NCBI GenBank assembly: GCA_027717645.1
Contig: JALLOG010000001.1
Span: forward strand, 1,951 to 65,950
Length of the DNA stretch: 64,000 nucleotides
Reading direction: 5' to 3'
Origin: Desulfobacterota bacterium AH_259_B03_O07
GTDB lineage: Bacteria > Desulfobacterota_D > UBA1144 > Nemesobacterales > CSP1-2
The translations under genes were made by a program, and so were the position numbers. The notes under the pieces are model-generated. The model saw nothing but the letters and a program-made list of their open reading frames with translations. It was not told where the DNA came from and did no database searches. Every line of letters begins with the position of its first letter. The first letter of the stretch is position 1. This document shows, piece after piece, positions 31,601 to 42,243 of the stretch.

Positions 31601-31663
31601 TCATTTTAATCTCTAGTATATAATCATTGAGTTTTCTTTAAAAAGTCTGGTTTACTTATAAAT

Positions 31664-32596
31664 ATGAAAATAGGCATTGCTCTTAGTGGTGGGGGGGCAA
31701 AAGGATTTGCTCACATAGGCGTGTTAAATGCCATAAATAGGGCCGGTATAGAAATTGACGCCGTATCTGGAACGAGCATGGGCGCATTAGTAGGCGCGTT
31801 TTATGCTTCGGGTAAGTTGGAAGAGTTACAAGAGAGAGCGAGTGGAATTAGGCTTAGAGACATTCCTGGTCTATTAAGTCCGACAATCTCTAAACAGGGT
31901 CTTTTTAGCGGCAAAAACATTGAAAAACTCTTAAGGGAGTTTTTAGGTGGGAAGAAAATAGAGAATTTAAACAGAAAGTACGCAGCCGTATGTATCGATC
32001 TAAATAGGACCAATGTTATTACATTTACCAAGGGTGATCTTGTTCATGCTGTCCGGGCAAGCATAGCCATACCAGGCGTTTTTAAACCTGTAGTTCTAAA
32101 AGATAAGCTTCTGGTCGATGGAGGTATCATGGAACCATTGCCCGTTCGTGCGGCACATGAGATTGGCTCAGATTTTGTAATAGCTGTCGATGTAATTTCC
32201 GATTCAATGAGTAATTCTATATTTAGGGAAAACAAATTTGATCCGATGCAATACACCTTTAATTCAGGACTCACCGCAATTTATAAATATTTTGGCTCAG
32301 TGATAAAGGGTGACTCATATAAACCAAAGGATAATGAAAAGAATATGGTCTTAACGGATAAAATTGGCATTATGAGCATCATACAAAGAAGTATTTTAAT
32401 AAATCAAAGGCAATTAATAGAAAAGGGTTCGATGGAATATCCGGCAGATTTTATAATAAAACCTGACGTATCGAATGTTGGAGTATCAGAATTGCATCGT
32501 GCAATGCGCATTATCGATATTGGAGAAAATGCGGCAAATCAAGTAATAAATAAAATGAGAGATAGGATAGAAAAAGGGAATCGTAAAAGTAATTGA
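31664..32596 (+). CDS. patatin-like phospholipase
   Basis: SGGGAKG oxyanion loop, GTSMG (GxSxG) and DGG catalytic Asp motif. Confidence 0.9.
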   Translation: MKIGIALSGGGAKGFAHIGVLNAINRAGIEIDAVSGTSMGALVGAFYASGKLEELQERASGIRLRDIPGLLSPTISKQGLFSGKNIEKLLREFLGGKKIENLNRKYAAVCIDLNRTNVITFTKGDLVHAVRASIAIPGVFKPVVLKDKLLVDGGIMEPLPVRAAHEIGSDFVIAVDVISDSMSNSIFRENKFDPMQYTFNSGLTAIYKYFGSVIKGDSYKPKDNEKNMVLTDKIGIMSIIQRSILINQRQLIEKGSMEYPADFIIKPDVSNVGVSELHRAMRIIDIGENAANQVINKMRDRIEKGNRKSN

Positions 32597-32601
32597 CTAT
32601 T

Positions 32602-34113
32602 TCATTTTAATTCTGATCTTGGTTCAATTTCAATCTGTGTAGGGTGTATTTTTTTGCCTTTAAGACGCCATTCAATAATAAGTAGAATCCAAACGGGCAC
32701 AAATTCAATCCAAACAATCACATTATTGAAATAATCTAGCATACCCCTGGGTTCCAAATAGTAGCGTAAGTAATATAAAGGAAGCAGAACTGTAAGAAGT
32801 AAAAGTGATGTTCGAGGACTAATAGCCAGAAATGGTATCAGCCAGGTGTAGTACCAAGGAAACTGAGTAGGGATCAGCAAAAATACACAAGCTACTATCA
32901 AAAGACAATTTTCAAACAAATCTAGTGAACTATCAATCTTTTTAGAGGTTATATAAGCAATCCATATAGCGATGATACCGACAACAATGATTCTAGCGAT
33001 GAATTGCGCGTGGCCAGGATGTGTGTCAAGAAAACTTAGAATTAATTCTGAAAACCAAACAAATATTTTGAAAAGTGAATCGTTATTTTGCCAGCTTCGT
33101 CCATATGCAAGTAGTCCAGAGCCTTCGTTAATTGTCGTTAAATAAAAAGGAGAAATAAAAACGACAAGAGCAATCATAAATATACTGACACCAAGAAACA
33201 ATCGTTTAGGATTTGAGAATAATGGTCGTAAAATTAGTGGCATTATAAAAATCGGCCAAATTTTTACACCAATTGCTAAAGATAAAGTGAATACGGACCA
33301 TAGATTTTTTTTGCGGAGGTATAAAATAAGGGCACCTAACACGAAAGGAAACGCGATTACATCCAGGTGGCCAGAATTAAGGATTTCTTTTATAAGAAGT
33401 GGATTCCACCAATAGATCAATAAAGATAAACGAGGGAGTTTTAAGTGCTTAATTATTCTGTAAAGTAAGAGTAATGTTATTACATCGAATATTAAAAGTA
33501 CTAACCGCCATGAGGAAATACTCCATGGCTTAATCCAATGAGCAATAGCAAAAGCCGCTTGCGCAATAGGCAGATAAATAGTTCTCAGATACGGATGATT
33601 AATATTGTGAATCGTATTGCCAGATTCTTCGGCCAGATTTTGCAAATCTTGAGGAATGTCAGAATTGATTTCGCTTTTTTTTACTATCTGTTCGGGGGAA
33701 TATTGATAAGGATTATTTCCAAAAGATAAAACCCCTCCATCCCATAAATATCTGAAATAGTCATCCTCTAAAATAGGATTTGCAAAAAGGGTTATTAAAC
33801 GAAGTATTGCTCCAACTATAATAATCCATAATAGCACTTTTGTAGAAGAAGAATTACGAGATAAGAGTGTTGTTAGGAAATAGACTACCCCTGATGACAG
33901 CAAGAGGATTGTGACCAGAATTACCGGTTGTTTCTCAAGGGGAACGTTTAAATCAAGGCTCGGGGAGACTAATGTCAGTAGCGCTGTGAGAGCAATTAAT
34001 AAAGCACCACCTAAGCCTAATAACCACAACAATATGTCGCCATGGATTCTGGTGAGAATTTTATTTTTCTTCATACTTCTAATAAACCATGATTGATATT
34101 CTTTTCCAATCAT
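32602..34113 (-). CDS. polytopic membrane protein, GT-C/DUF2029-like glycosyltransferase candidate
   Basis: 503 aa with at least 10 hydrophobic segments. The EDDYFRYLWDGG loop motif after TM helices is typical of DUF2029/GT87-like proteins. The start is uncertain (alternative ATG at 34074). Confidence 0.5.
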   Translation of the reverse strand: MIGKEYQSWFIRSMKKNKILTRIHGDILLWLLGLGGALLIALTALLTLVSPSLDLNVPLEKQPVILVTILLLSSGVVYFLTTLLSRNSSSTKVLLWIIIVGAILRLITLFANPILEDDYFRYLWDGGVLSFGNNPYQYSPEQIVKKSEINSDIPQDLQNLAEESGNTIHNINHPYLRTIYLPIAQAAFAIAHWIKPWSISSWRLVLLIFDVITLLLLYRIIKHLKLPRLSLLIYWWNPLLIKEILNSGHLDVIAFPFVLGALILYLRKKNLWSVFTLSLAIGVKIWPIFIMPLILRPLFSNPKRLFLGVSIFMIALVVFISPFYLTTINEGSGLLAYGRSWQNNDSLFKIFVWFSELILSFLDTHPGHAQFIARIIVVGIIAIWIAYITSKKIDSSLDLFENCLLIVACVFLLIPTQFPWYYTWLIPFLAISPRTSLLLLTVLLPLYYLRYYLEPRGMLDYFNNVIVWIEFVPVWILLIIEWRLKGKKIHPTQIEIEPRSELK

Positions 34114-34415
34114 TACCGGAATACACCTTTGGGAGGGGCGTATCTAAATCTATAGATTTGTAGGACTACCATTGCTTAAATTAATTCATGATAGGATTTA
34201 GGTGACACCCCAAACCTTCATATTGAATAGAAAAGGTTATGATATACATATAAAAACTGTTACTAATATTTGTGGGAATCTAAATATTTTTTTATCTAAC
34301 CGTAATTCTCCTTAATTCTACTTTTGAAGTTTGAATTCTTTTTTCTATTTTTACTTGGCATAATGTTTCGATGTGATAGCCTATTAGATCAGCTTAAGAA
34401 TGGGGTATTTCACAA

Positions 34416-35204
34416 TTGACTAAAATTAAGACGATTGAAGAAGCGGTTTCACTCATTTCAGACGGGGAAAGGTTGGCTATGGGAGGACTTCTTCTTCAGC
34501 GCATTCCGTCCGCCTTCGCGCGCGAAACCGCACGTCAGGGCAAAAAGAACCTTAAGGTAATGAAGACAGCAGCTAATTATGATTTTGATCTGCTTTGCCT
34601 GGCAGAATGCGTGGATGAAGTTGCTGCTGGTTTTGTTAGTTTTGAGGCCGAATTTGGCATGGCTCCAAACTTCAGGCGGTCTGTTGAAGAAGGCAGAGTC
34701 AGATTCAATGAGAATTCATGTTATACAGTCATTTCCAGCCTGAGAGCTGCGGCATTTGGTGTGCCTTTTATGCCAATTGCGGCTTTAGGGGAGAGCTATT
34801 TAGTCAATAAATTTAGGACTGTAGATAATCCTTATGGGGATGGAGATGTTTTGACGGTTCCGGCGGTTTATCCTGATTGGGCTGTTTTGCATGTTCAAAA
34901 ATCAGATGAGGAAGGGAATGCAATCATATATGGCCCTGTTTTTGAGGATGTGATTATGTCCAGAGCTGCGAGAAAGATAATTCTTACTACTGAGGAAATT
35001 GTTTCAAAGAGTGAAATAGAAGAGGAAATTGACCTGGCCGTCATCCCAGGCTTTAAGGTGGAAGCAGTTGCTGAGGTTTCTAAAGGTGCAATGCCAGGAT
35101 CATGCTATCCCAATTATGATTATTCGACAGACCATATTAGAGAATATTTATCTATAAAAGATTGGGATACACTGAATCTTTATCTTAAGGAATTTAGACC
35201 GTAA
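34416..35204 (+). CDS. CoA-transferase subunit A (glutaconate/3-oxoacid CoA-transferase family)
   Basis: SDGERLAMGG N-terminal motif; 262 aa; TTG start; paired with a B subunit. Confidence 0.75.
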   Translation: MTKIKTIEEAVSLISDGERLAMGGLLLQRIPSAFARETARQGKKNLKVMKTAANYDFDLLCLAECVDEVAAGFVSFEAEFGMAPNFRRSVEEGRVRFNENSCYTVISSLRAAAFGVPFMPIAALGESYLVNKFRTVDNPYGDGDVLTVPAVYPDWAVLHVQKSDEEGNAIIYGPVFEDVIMSRAARKIILTTEEIVSKSEIEEEIDLAVIPGFKVEAVAEVSKGAMPGSCYPNYDYSTDHIREYLSIKDWDTLNLYLKEFRP

Positions 35205-35286
35205 TAAGAATTACTACTAATTTCTATTAAAATAGATAAGATAAGTATAGTAGTGTCGATGGTGTCAATGATGAGGTTGTTATTGT

Positions 35287-36006
35287 ATGGATAGTCACGA
35301 TGAATTTTCGAGAGCAGAAATGATGATAGTGACCATGGCGAGGCTTCTTGAGGATGCCGAAAACGTCTTTATGGGAGTGGCATCTAATCTGCCGTTTTTT
35401 TCAATCTGGCTGGCGAAAGAACTTTATAATAAAGATCTAACGTGGCTCAACATACCTGGCAGGGTTAATCCAAAACCCGCTCTTCCTCCACGTTCCACAG
35501 TCGATTTCGAAGTATTTAGAAATGCATCTGCTTCGATCACATTGTCACAAATATTTGATATGTCTGCACGGGGAGAGTTGGACGTCGCATTTCTATCAGG
35601 TGTCCAGGTAGATAAATATGGAAATTTCAATTTAAGTCATATCTCGGATGGCAACCGGATTAAAGTACAATTTACAGGCGGCGCCGGAAGTGCTTTATTA
35701 TGTGCAAATACCAAGCGTGTTATATTTTGGAGAACGAGACATGACAGACGCTCATTTGTAGAAAAATGCTCTGTCTATACAGCAACTGGAAACATATATA
35801 GTGTGGTATCTCCGATTTCAGAGTTTAAAAAGAAAGATGGGATTCTAGCTCTAGAAAGTATTTTCCCTTATTCGAGTTATGACGAAGTCGCTAAGAGGAC
35901 AGGTTTTCCCGTCGAACCTGCTCCAATTGCATTGCCACCAACTGAGGATGAATTGACCTTACTGCGAGATTTTGATCCGGAAGGCATAAGAGAAATAGAG
36001 TTTTAG
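35287..36006 (+). CDS. CoA-transferase subunit B
   Basis: 239 aa with FTGGAGSALL. Adjacent to subunit A. Confidence 0.7.
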   Translation: MDSHDEFSRAEMMIVTMARLLEDAENVFMGVASNLPFFSIWLAKELYNKDLTWLNIPGRVNPKPALPPRSTVDFEVFRNASASITLSQIFDMSARGELDVAFLSGVQVDKYGNFNLSHISDGNRIKVQFTGGAGSALLCANTKRVIFWRTRHDRRSFVEKCSVYTATGNIYSVVSPISEFKKKDGILALESIFPYSSYDEVAKRTGFPVEPAPIALPPTEDELTLLRDFDPEGIREIEF

Positions 36007-36166
36007 AGTCGTTAAAGTAAATATCCGCCCATTCGGATTATTTTTATAACAAATTGGGAATAAAATCAGCGTAATTATTTCTCAATCTCAATAAGAACTC
36101 TAATTGACTTTAATCATAATCAACTTAATTATGTGCAAATTCTTATTTACAGATTTCTGAACGTTA

Positions 36167-37642
36167 TTGGTCGTGAGAAAGATTACAGAGCTTGAATTTG
36201 ATAATACATATAGAAGACTGCCAGAGGAATTCTATCATGTAGTTAGCCCAACGCCATTTGACAATCCTCATCTAGTCTGTTTCAATCCGGATGCCGCTTC
36301 TCTAATTGATCTAGACCCTAAGGAGGCTGAGAAAAACGAGTTTTTGGAATATTTCTCAGGGATTGGGCAAATTTCTGGTTCGGAACCAGTAGCCATGTAT
36401 TACACGGGACATCAGTTCGGAGTTTATAATCCAAGAATAGGGGATGGGAGGGCGATTCTCTTGGGGGAAGTCAGAAACTTAAAGGGTGAGAAGTGGGATT
36501 TGCATTTAAAAGGCGCTGGGAGGACTCGCTATGCGCGAGAATTTGATGGGAGAGCTGTGCTGAGGTCAACTATAAGAGAATATTTATGTAGTGAGGCTAT
36601 GCATGGTCTGGGAATACCTACTACTAGGGCTCTTTGTATCATAGGGAGCGATGAGAAAGTTCAGCGTGAAAAAGTGGAGACTGGCGCAATGCTTGTTCGT
36701 ATGGCAGAGAGCCATGTACGCTTTGGTTCATTTGAGGCTTTCTTCTACAGAGAGCAGGATGATTATATAATGTTGCTAGCCGACTATGTCATAAACCATC
36801 ATTTCTCTCATCTAAAAGAAGAGGAAAACAAATACAAGCTATTTCTTAAAGAGGTTGTTGAAAGGACTGCTAGGCTTATTTCAGCGTGGCAAGCGTTTGG
36901 ATTTACTCATGGAGTCATGAACACTGACAACATGTCGATATTGGGAATTACAATCGATTATGGTCCATTTGGTTTTATTGAGGAATATAATTCCGAATAC
37001 ATACCAAATGATTCAGATCACTTTGGGAGGTATTCGTTCGAAAACCAATATAGTATCGCATATTGGAATCTAAAGAAGTTTGCGCAATCCTCAATAAGTC
37101 TTATAAACAGAGATGAAGCAGTGGAGGCGCTAGGAAATTATGAGAGTACTTTTAAACAAAGTTATTTGAAAATCATGCGAAAGAAGCTTGGTTTATTCGA
37201 GAAAAAGGATGAAGATTCTAAAATAATTCAGAATATGCTGTCTCTGATGGAAGTTGGAAAAGTAGATTATACGAATTTTTTAAGGAAACTAAGCGACTTC
37301 TCCCTTAACGGCAAAGGAAGTAACAACGCATTGAGGAAGATGTTCATTGACAGCGGGATATTTGATCAATGGGAGTCCGTGTATATTGATCGACTCAAGG
37401 CTGAGAATATTGATCAATCAGTAAGAAAAAAGGCTATGGAAAGAGTAAATCCTAAGTACATTCTCAGAAATTACCTCGCGGAGGTGGCTATTAGAAAAGC
37501 AGTTGAAAATTCTGATTACTCCGAGATTGACCGCCTTCACCAAGTGTTGAGAAACCCTTATCGCGAACAACCCGAAAACAACGGGTATTCTAATCCGGTT
37601 CCTGATTGGGCAAGGAATTTAGTAATAAGCTGTTCTTCATAG
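36167..37642 (+). CDS. selO: protein adenylyltransferase SelO (YdiU/UPF0061)
   Basis: GHQFGVYNPRIGDGRAILLGEV, LKGAGRTRYAR, DGRAVLRSTIREYLCSEAM, VRFGSFE. Confidence 0.9.
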   Translation: MVVRKITELEFDNTYRRLPEEFYHVVSPTPFDNPHLVCFNPDAASLIDLDPKEAEKNEFLEYFSGIGQISGSEPVAMYYTGHQFGVYNPRIGDGRAILLGEVRNLKGEKWDLHLKGAGRTRYAREFDGRAVLRSTIREYLCSEAMHGLGIPTTRALCIIGSDEKVQREKVETGAMLVRMAESHVRFGSFEAFFYREQDDYIMLLADYVINHHFSHLKEEENKYKLFLKEVVERTARLISAWQAFGFTHGVMNTDNMSILGITIDYGPFGFIEEYNSEYIPNDSDHFGRYSFENQYSIAYWNLKKFAQSSISLINRDEAVEALGNYESTFKQSYLKIMRKKLGLFEKKDEDSKIIQNMLSLMEVGKVDYTNFLRKLSDFSLNGKGSNNALRKMFIDSGIFDQWESVYIDRLKAENIDQSVRKKAMERVNPKYILRNYLAEVAIRKAVENSDYSEIDRLHQVLRNPYREQPENNGYSNPVPDWARNLVISCSS

Positions 37643-37697
37643 TTTGCAAATTGTTCATTGTTAGTAATCGATAAAGAATTTCTTCACTTACTTATTG

Positions 37698-39851
37698 CTA
37701 GATCTTTTTCAGCCCTTGAAAACTCGCAAGGATTTTTTTCTTTCCATGGTTTGGGAAAAGAATTACGACTTTTGTCTCCTTGCCCTTTCCTTCTATCTTG
37801 GAGATTTCTCCCCTGCCGAAAGAATGATGTAATACGCCCTCTCCGACTGCATAGGCATTTTCGACTAAACCATTACCGTTTCTCTCTGAAACTAAATTCG
37901 TTGATATAGAAATAGAATATTTATCCCTTGGACTTTGTTGATAGCTTCTCCAATGCAAGACGTTCCTTGGAATCTCAGTTATGAATCTCGAAGGTATCGA
38001 TCTTTGTTCATTCCCGAAGAATTTTCTTTTTGAAGTACTGGTAAGAAATAACTTTTCTTTTGCTCTTGTTATACCCACGTAGCATAATCTTCTCTCTTCT
38101 TCTATTAGTTTTCCGTCACCTATTGAGCGAATATGGGGGAATAACTTTTCCTCCATACCTATAACGAATACGATTGGGAATTCCAGACCTTTGGCACAGT
38201 GTAAGGTCATGAGAGCAACTTGATTTGCTTTTCCATTAAATCTGTCAACGTGGGTTGATAGCGAAATCCAATCTAGAAAGTCCTTTAATGAGGAGTTTTT
38301 TTTCTCCTTTTCAAATTCAGATATTAAATTAACAATCTCTCCTATGTTTTCCCTCTTCTCCCCATCGTTCTTTAGCGATGCTAAAAAGTTAGTATATTCA
38401 AGAACCTTTTGGAGAAGTTTTCTCACACTAAGATTCGTAGAATGCTGTTTGAGTTTTGAAACTAGATCCGCAAACTTTACAAGGTTGTTTAGTGTTTTAC
38501 TACTGACAGATTTATCCTTTATTGTGAGTATTAAAGCATCATATAATGAAATTCCTTTTTCCCTGGCTAATTTGCAAATAGCGTCTATAGTTGCTTTTCC
38601 AATTCCTCTTCTAGGAACATTTATTATACGCCTAAAGCTAAGATCATCTGAAGGATTCGCAATAACCCTTAGGTACGCTATGATGTCTTTTATTTCAGCC
38701 CTTTCATAAAAACTGACTCCTCCTACTATTGTATAAGGTATACCCAGGTTTAGCAGCTCTTCTTCAATTAAGCGGGACTGATTATTAGTTCGATAAAACA
38801 CTGCAATATCCTTAAAAGAATGCCCGTTTTTGGTTACTTCAGATTTAATTTGCGAAGCGACATTTCTAGCTTCATCTATTTCATCGGACGCTTCATAGTA
38901 TGTGATTTGATCACCATCGGGATTTTCTGTCCATAACTTTTTATCACTTCTAATTCTGTTTCTTTGAATTATAGAATTAGCGGCCCTTAGTATGTTTTTA
39001 GTAGACCTGTAATTCATCTCGAGTTTGAGGACTTTTGCTTCGGGAAAATCATTTTCAAAATTGAGAATATTTGTAATGTCTGCGCCTCGCCACCCATAAA
39101 TAGACTGGTTGTCATCTCCTACAACTGAAATGTTCTTGTGTTTTCCTGACAGCAAATTGATTATTTTATACTGCAAATGATTTGTATCTTGGTATTCGTC
39201 AACCAGGATATGTATGAATTGTTTCTGATACTTTTCAAGGACCTCATTCCTTTTCTCAAAAAGCTTGACAGTTACACCCAGTAGATCACCGAAGTCTAGT
39301 GCATTAGCTAGCCTTAGCTCCCTTTCATAAAGGTCATATATGCTAGAAATTTTCTGGTCATAAATATTTGAACCGAAATCACCTGCATTAGGACCTGCGT
39401 TTTTGGCGGAGTCGATTTTGGAACGGACTGTTTTTGGAGAGAAAATCCTCTCACTGAGACCCAAACTAGCCATGCAATTCTTTATTAGCTTTATTTGGTC
39501 TAGTTCGTCATAGATTATAAAATCATTTCTATAACCATCTAATTTATTGATATCCCGCTTTAAGATTCTCAAACAGATTGAGTGAAAGGTTCCTATCCAT
39601 AGTTCTCGAGCATCTTGATCAAGTAATCTACGAACTCTTTCTATCATCTCATTTGCGGCTTTGTTAGTAAAGGTTACGGCCAAAATATTTGAAGGATGCA
39701 CGCTCAATTCTTTTATCAAATAAGCAATTCTACGAGTAATAATTCTTGTTTTTCCCGATCCAGCTCCCGCAAGTATTAGAATAGGCCCATTGATATGCTT
39801 GACAGCGTCGGTCTGGATTGGATTGAGATTGTCTAAGATTTTTGATGACAT
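37698..39851 (-). CDS. pcrA: ATP-dependent DNA helicase, UvrD/PcrA family
   Basis: AGAGSGKT (Walker A), VDEYQDTN (motif II), TLHCAKGLEF, VGITRAK; 717 aa. Confidence 0.9.
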   Translation of the reverse strand: MSSKILDNLNPIQTDAVKHINGPILILAGAGSGKTRIITRRIAYLIKELSVHPSNILAVTFTNKAANEMIERVRRLLDQDARELWIGTFHSICLRILKRDINKLDGYRNDFIIYDELDQIKLIKNCMASLGLSERIFSPKTVRSKIDSAKNAGPNAGDFGSNIYDQKISSIYDLYERELRLANALDFGDLLGVTVKLFEKRNEVLEKYQKQFIHILVDEYQDTNHLQYKIINLLSGKHKNISVVGDDNQSIYGWRGADITNILNFENDFPEAKVLKLEMNYRSTKNILRAANSIIQRNRIRSDKKLWTENPDGDQITYYEASDEIDEARNVASQIKSEVTKNGHSFKDIAVFYRTNNQSRLIEEELLNLGIPYTIVGGVSFYERAEIKDIIAYLRVIANPSDDLSFRRIINVPRRGIGKATIDAICKLAREKGISLYDALILTIKDKSVSSKTLNNLVKFADLVSKLKQHSTNLSVRKLLQKVLEYTNFLASLKNDGEKRENIGEIVNLISEFEKEKKNSSLKDFLDWISLSTHVDRFNGKANQVALMTLHCAKGLEFPIVFVIGMEEKLFPHIRSIGDGKLIEEERRLCYVGITRAKEKLFLTSTSKRKFFGNEQRSIPSRFITEIPRNVLHWRSYQQSPRDKYSISISTNLVSERNGNGLVENAYAVGEGVLHHSFGRGEISKIEGKGKETKVVILFPNHGKKKILASFQGLKKI

Positions 39852-40311
39852 TTACAACTCCAATAAAAATACTAAATAATAAGGAATGGAGCTTCTAACA
39901 ATAGGGCGTTTTATATAAAAGGCTTTTGTTTTTTGCCTGTTATTAAAATATCCTAAACCAAATTACCTTATATAATTTTGGTAAAGAGATTTTAAGGAAA
40001 TGTACTTATAACGAATATAGCCTATGCATCAGGCAAGTCAAGATATGGATAATACTATAAATAAGAAGGTACGATTAATTGTATACATAACTAACCTATT
40101 TTATTAACATTTGTTTAGTTTTGTTAACCTTAACTAATCAGATAGTGTTATATGGACTTGCCTCGTACAGCGTAATCGGGTATTAATCTTAACCTAAAAT
40201 ATTTTTGGATTTAGGTAAAAATCTTATTAACATATCTGATTCATCATTTATAATTATAGTCATTAATTTGACCTAAAAAAATTAAATAGATACATAAACG
40301 AGGAGAGTACA

Positions 40312-41373
40312 ATGAGTAGAAAAAGTTATAGTCAATTAATAGTGGCATCTTATATCCTTTTAGCTTTAATTTTAATTTCCTGTAAAAATGGGGAAGATAA
40401 AAAGGGAGACATTCCGCAAAGAGATCAAAAAACGTCTGAAGTAACCAAAGAATCGAAGAATAACATATCTCCAGAAGAAGAACAAAGATTACTGACCTTT
40501 TTAAGGAAAACAATGGGATCACGTTTGCCCTCCGGTACATCAATTGAGGTTTCGGGTCTTGAGGACAGTTCAATTGACGGCTTAAAAGAGGGATTATTTG
40601 CTGTAAGTTCACCAAGGGGATCGGGTGATGTCAAGTTTCTTATCAGTGTGGATGGCAGATATATAATTCTTGGTGAAGCTACTAATATTGAGAATTTTGA
40701 AGATTCTCCAGTTAAGGGGTTAAAGACAGGTAATCTACCGGCTGGCGGTCAAAATATACCTGTAGTCATAACCGATGATGGGAAACATATAGTTTTTGCA
40801 GAGCTACTTGACACATCAGTTGATCCCTTAAGAGAGACGATGAGCAAAATATCGTTAGACGGCTTACCCATAAAGGGTGATGGGAATGCAATGGTCACGG
40901 TAGTTGAATATTCAGATTTTCAGTGCCCCTTCTGTAAACGCGCTGGGGAATTTTTACCTAAGATTTTGGAAGAGTATAAGGGCAAGGTAAAAGTGGTCTT
41001 TAAACAACTACCCCTCCCCATGCACAAATGGGCTATGGATGGTGCAATTGCTTCAATTTGCGCCCAACAGCAGGGCAATGAAAAATTTTGGGAGTATCAT
41101 GACTTGTTATTTGAAAAACAGAGGGAGATTACAGAAAAGAACTCTGAGGCTGAGTTCAAACAGATTGCCGAGGATATTGGTTTAAATACTGATGAGTTTG
41201 ACAAATGTATAGGTTCTCCTGAGGTTGCCCAAAGGGTTCAAAATGAGATGAATGAAGCTAGGTCTATAGGTGTGAGTTCTACCCCAACTTTTATTGTAAA
41301 TGGAATGGTTGTTCCAGGTGCAAATCTAGAGGGAATTAAATCAGCTATTGAAGTGAGTCTATCTGAAAATTAG
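40312..41373 (+). CDS. DsbA-family thiol:disulfide oxidoreductase lipoprotein
   Basis: Lipobox LISC. C-terminal thioredoxin domain with FQCPFC. Confidence 0.85.
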   Translation: MSRKSYSQLIVASYILLALILISCKNGEDKKGDIPQRDQKTSEVTKESKNNISPEEEQRLLTFLRKTMGSRLPSGTSIEVSGLEDSSIDGLKEGLFAVSSPRGSGDVKFLISVDGRYIILGEATNIENFEDSPVKGLKTGNLPAGGQNIPVVITDDGKHIVFAELLDTSVDPLRETMSKISLDGLPIKGDGNAMVTVVEYSDFQCPFCKRAGEFLPKILEEYKGKVKVVFKQLPLPMHKWAMDGAIASICAQQQGNEKFWEYHDLLFEKQREITEKNSEAEFKQIAEDIGLNTDEFDKCIGSPEVAQRVQNEMNEARSIGVSSTPTFIVNGMVVPGANLEGIKSAIEVSLSEN

Positions 41374-41655
41374 TATAAGTTCTCAGCAAATTTTAAAATA
41401 GTCGTAGAGTATGTTTAGAAATTATGAGAGGTTAATCCGGTAGCGTAGATTGTCTATCTAGATAATTCTTTCCCTGGATTCTATTGTTTCTGATAGATTT
41501 TCCCTATTTTAATTAAATTAAAGAAAATACAGTTAACCATTAATGATTTCGTATCTTTTCGTGATTACAATCAACAACAATCTGAAATTCTTTAATGCCT
41601 GATCTTTTGGCTGTCAAAATAAACCTTTCGACAAGGCTTAGTCTTAATAAATGAA

Positions 41656-41883
41656 TTAATTGTTTGGTTTCACCCTGATATTTTCATCTGGAGTCAAAGG
41701 CCACTTTTCTTCTGTTGAATTCAATTCTTTGGATTCAAAGTCAGATTCAGGATCTACAACGTCAAGCATGAGGCTATCTTCGATGTCAATGGGCATAAGA
41801 GCATCTTCTTCTAGGATAAACTCTCCTGGCTCATTTACTCCTGAAATTTTTTCTTCAGAGTCTAATTTCTTTATTTGCACCAC
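41656..41883 (-). CDS. hypothetical acidic protein
   Basis: 75-aa ORF with GTG start preceded by GGGGAAAAG. No motif recognised; sits alone in an 870-nt gap. Confidence 0.25.
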   Translation of the reverse strand: MVQIKKLDSEEKISGVNEPGEFILEEDALMPIDIEDSLMLDVVDPESDFESKELNSTEEKWPLTPDENIRVKPNN

Positions 41884-42243
41884 CTTTTCCCCATTACAAT
41901 CTTGAATAATATAAAATAATCAAAAATTTAATAATGAAATAAAGGAATTGATTACTATCGGATTGCTATTGGAAGTACTCTAATGATATGCTTTCACAGG
42001 CTGACCGTATCAACCCAATTCATATCAGCAAATTCAATCAACTGCCTTTTCTCAGTGTTTTTTCTATACAATCTCGATTATACTCATCGATGTTAGAAAA
42101 TCAATCTTTTGATGAGGTCAAGGTAGAGGTAATTTGATTATTCGAGGGTACACATTGAGAGAAATTATTGTTGAAATCAAATTATAAGGTTATTTTAGTT
42201 ATAGTTAATCACAGTTGAACTAATAAGCAAGGAGAAAAAGTCT

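Noticed and set aside
31664-32596. Patatin gene as a CBASS-type effector
   Set aside because: There is no cyclase, no CD-NTase-associated genes and no sensor domain nearby. It looks like a stand-alone RssA-type phospholipase.
37658-37909. 83-aa plus-strand ORF, and similar short ORFs at 40244..40615 and 42195..42800
   Set aside because: They overlap the 3' or 5' ends of well-supported genes on the opposite strand or span intergenic AT-rich sequence. There are no motifs and the start context is poor.
37698-39851. UvrD-like helicase as a defence component (for example Gabija GajB-like)
   Set aside because: It is a full-length 717-aa PcrA/UvrD with all housekeeping helicase motifs. There is no partner nuclease or ATPase gene. 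It is convergent with selO.
41884-42243. Cobalamin riboswitch upstream of the B12-radical SAM gene
   Set aside because: No B12 box (GCCACTG) or conserved core was found.
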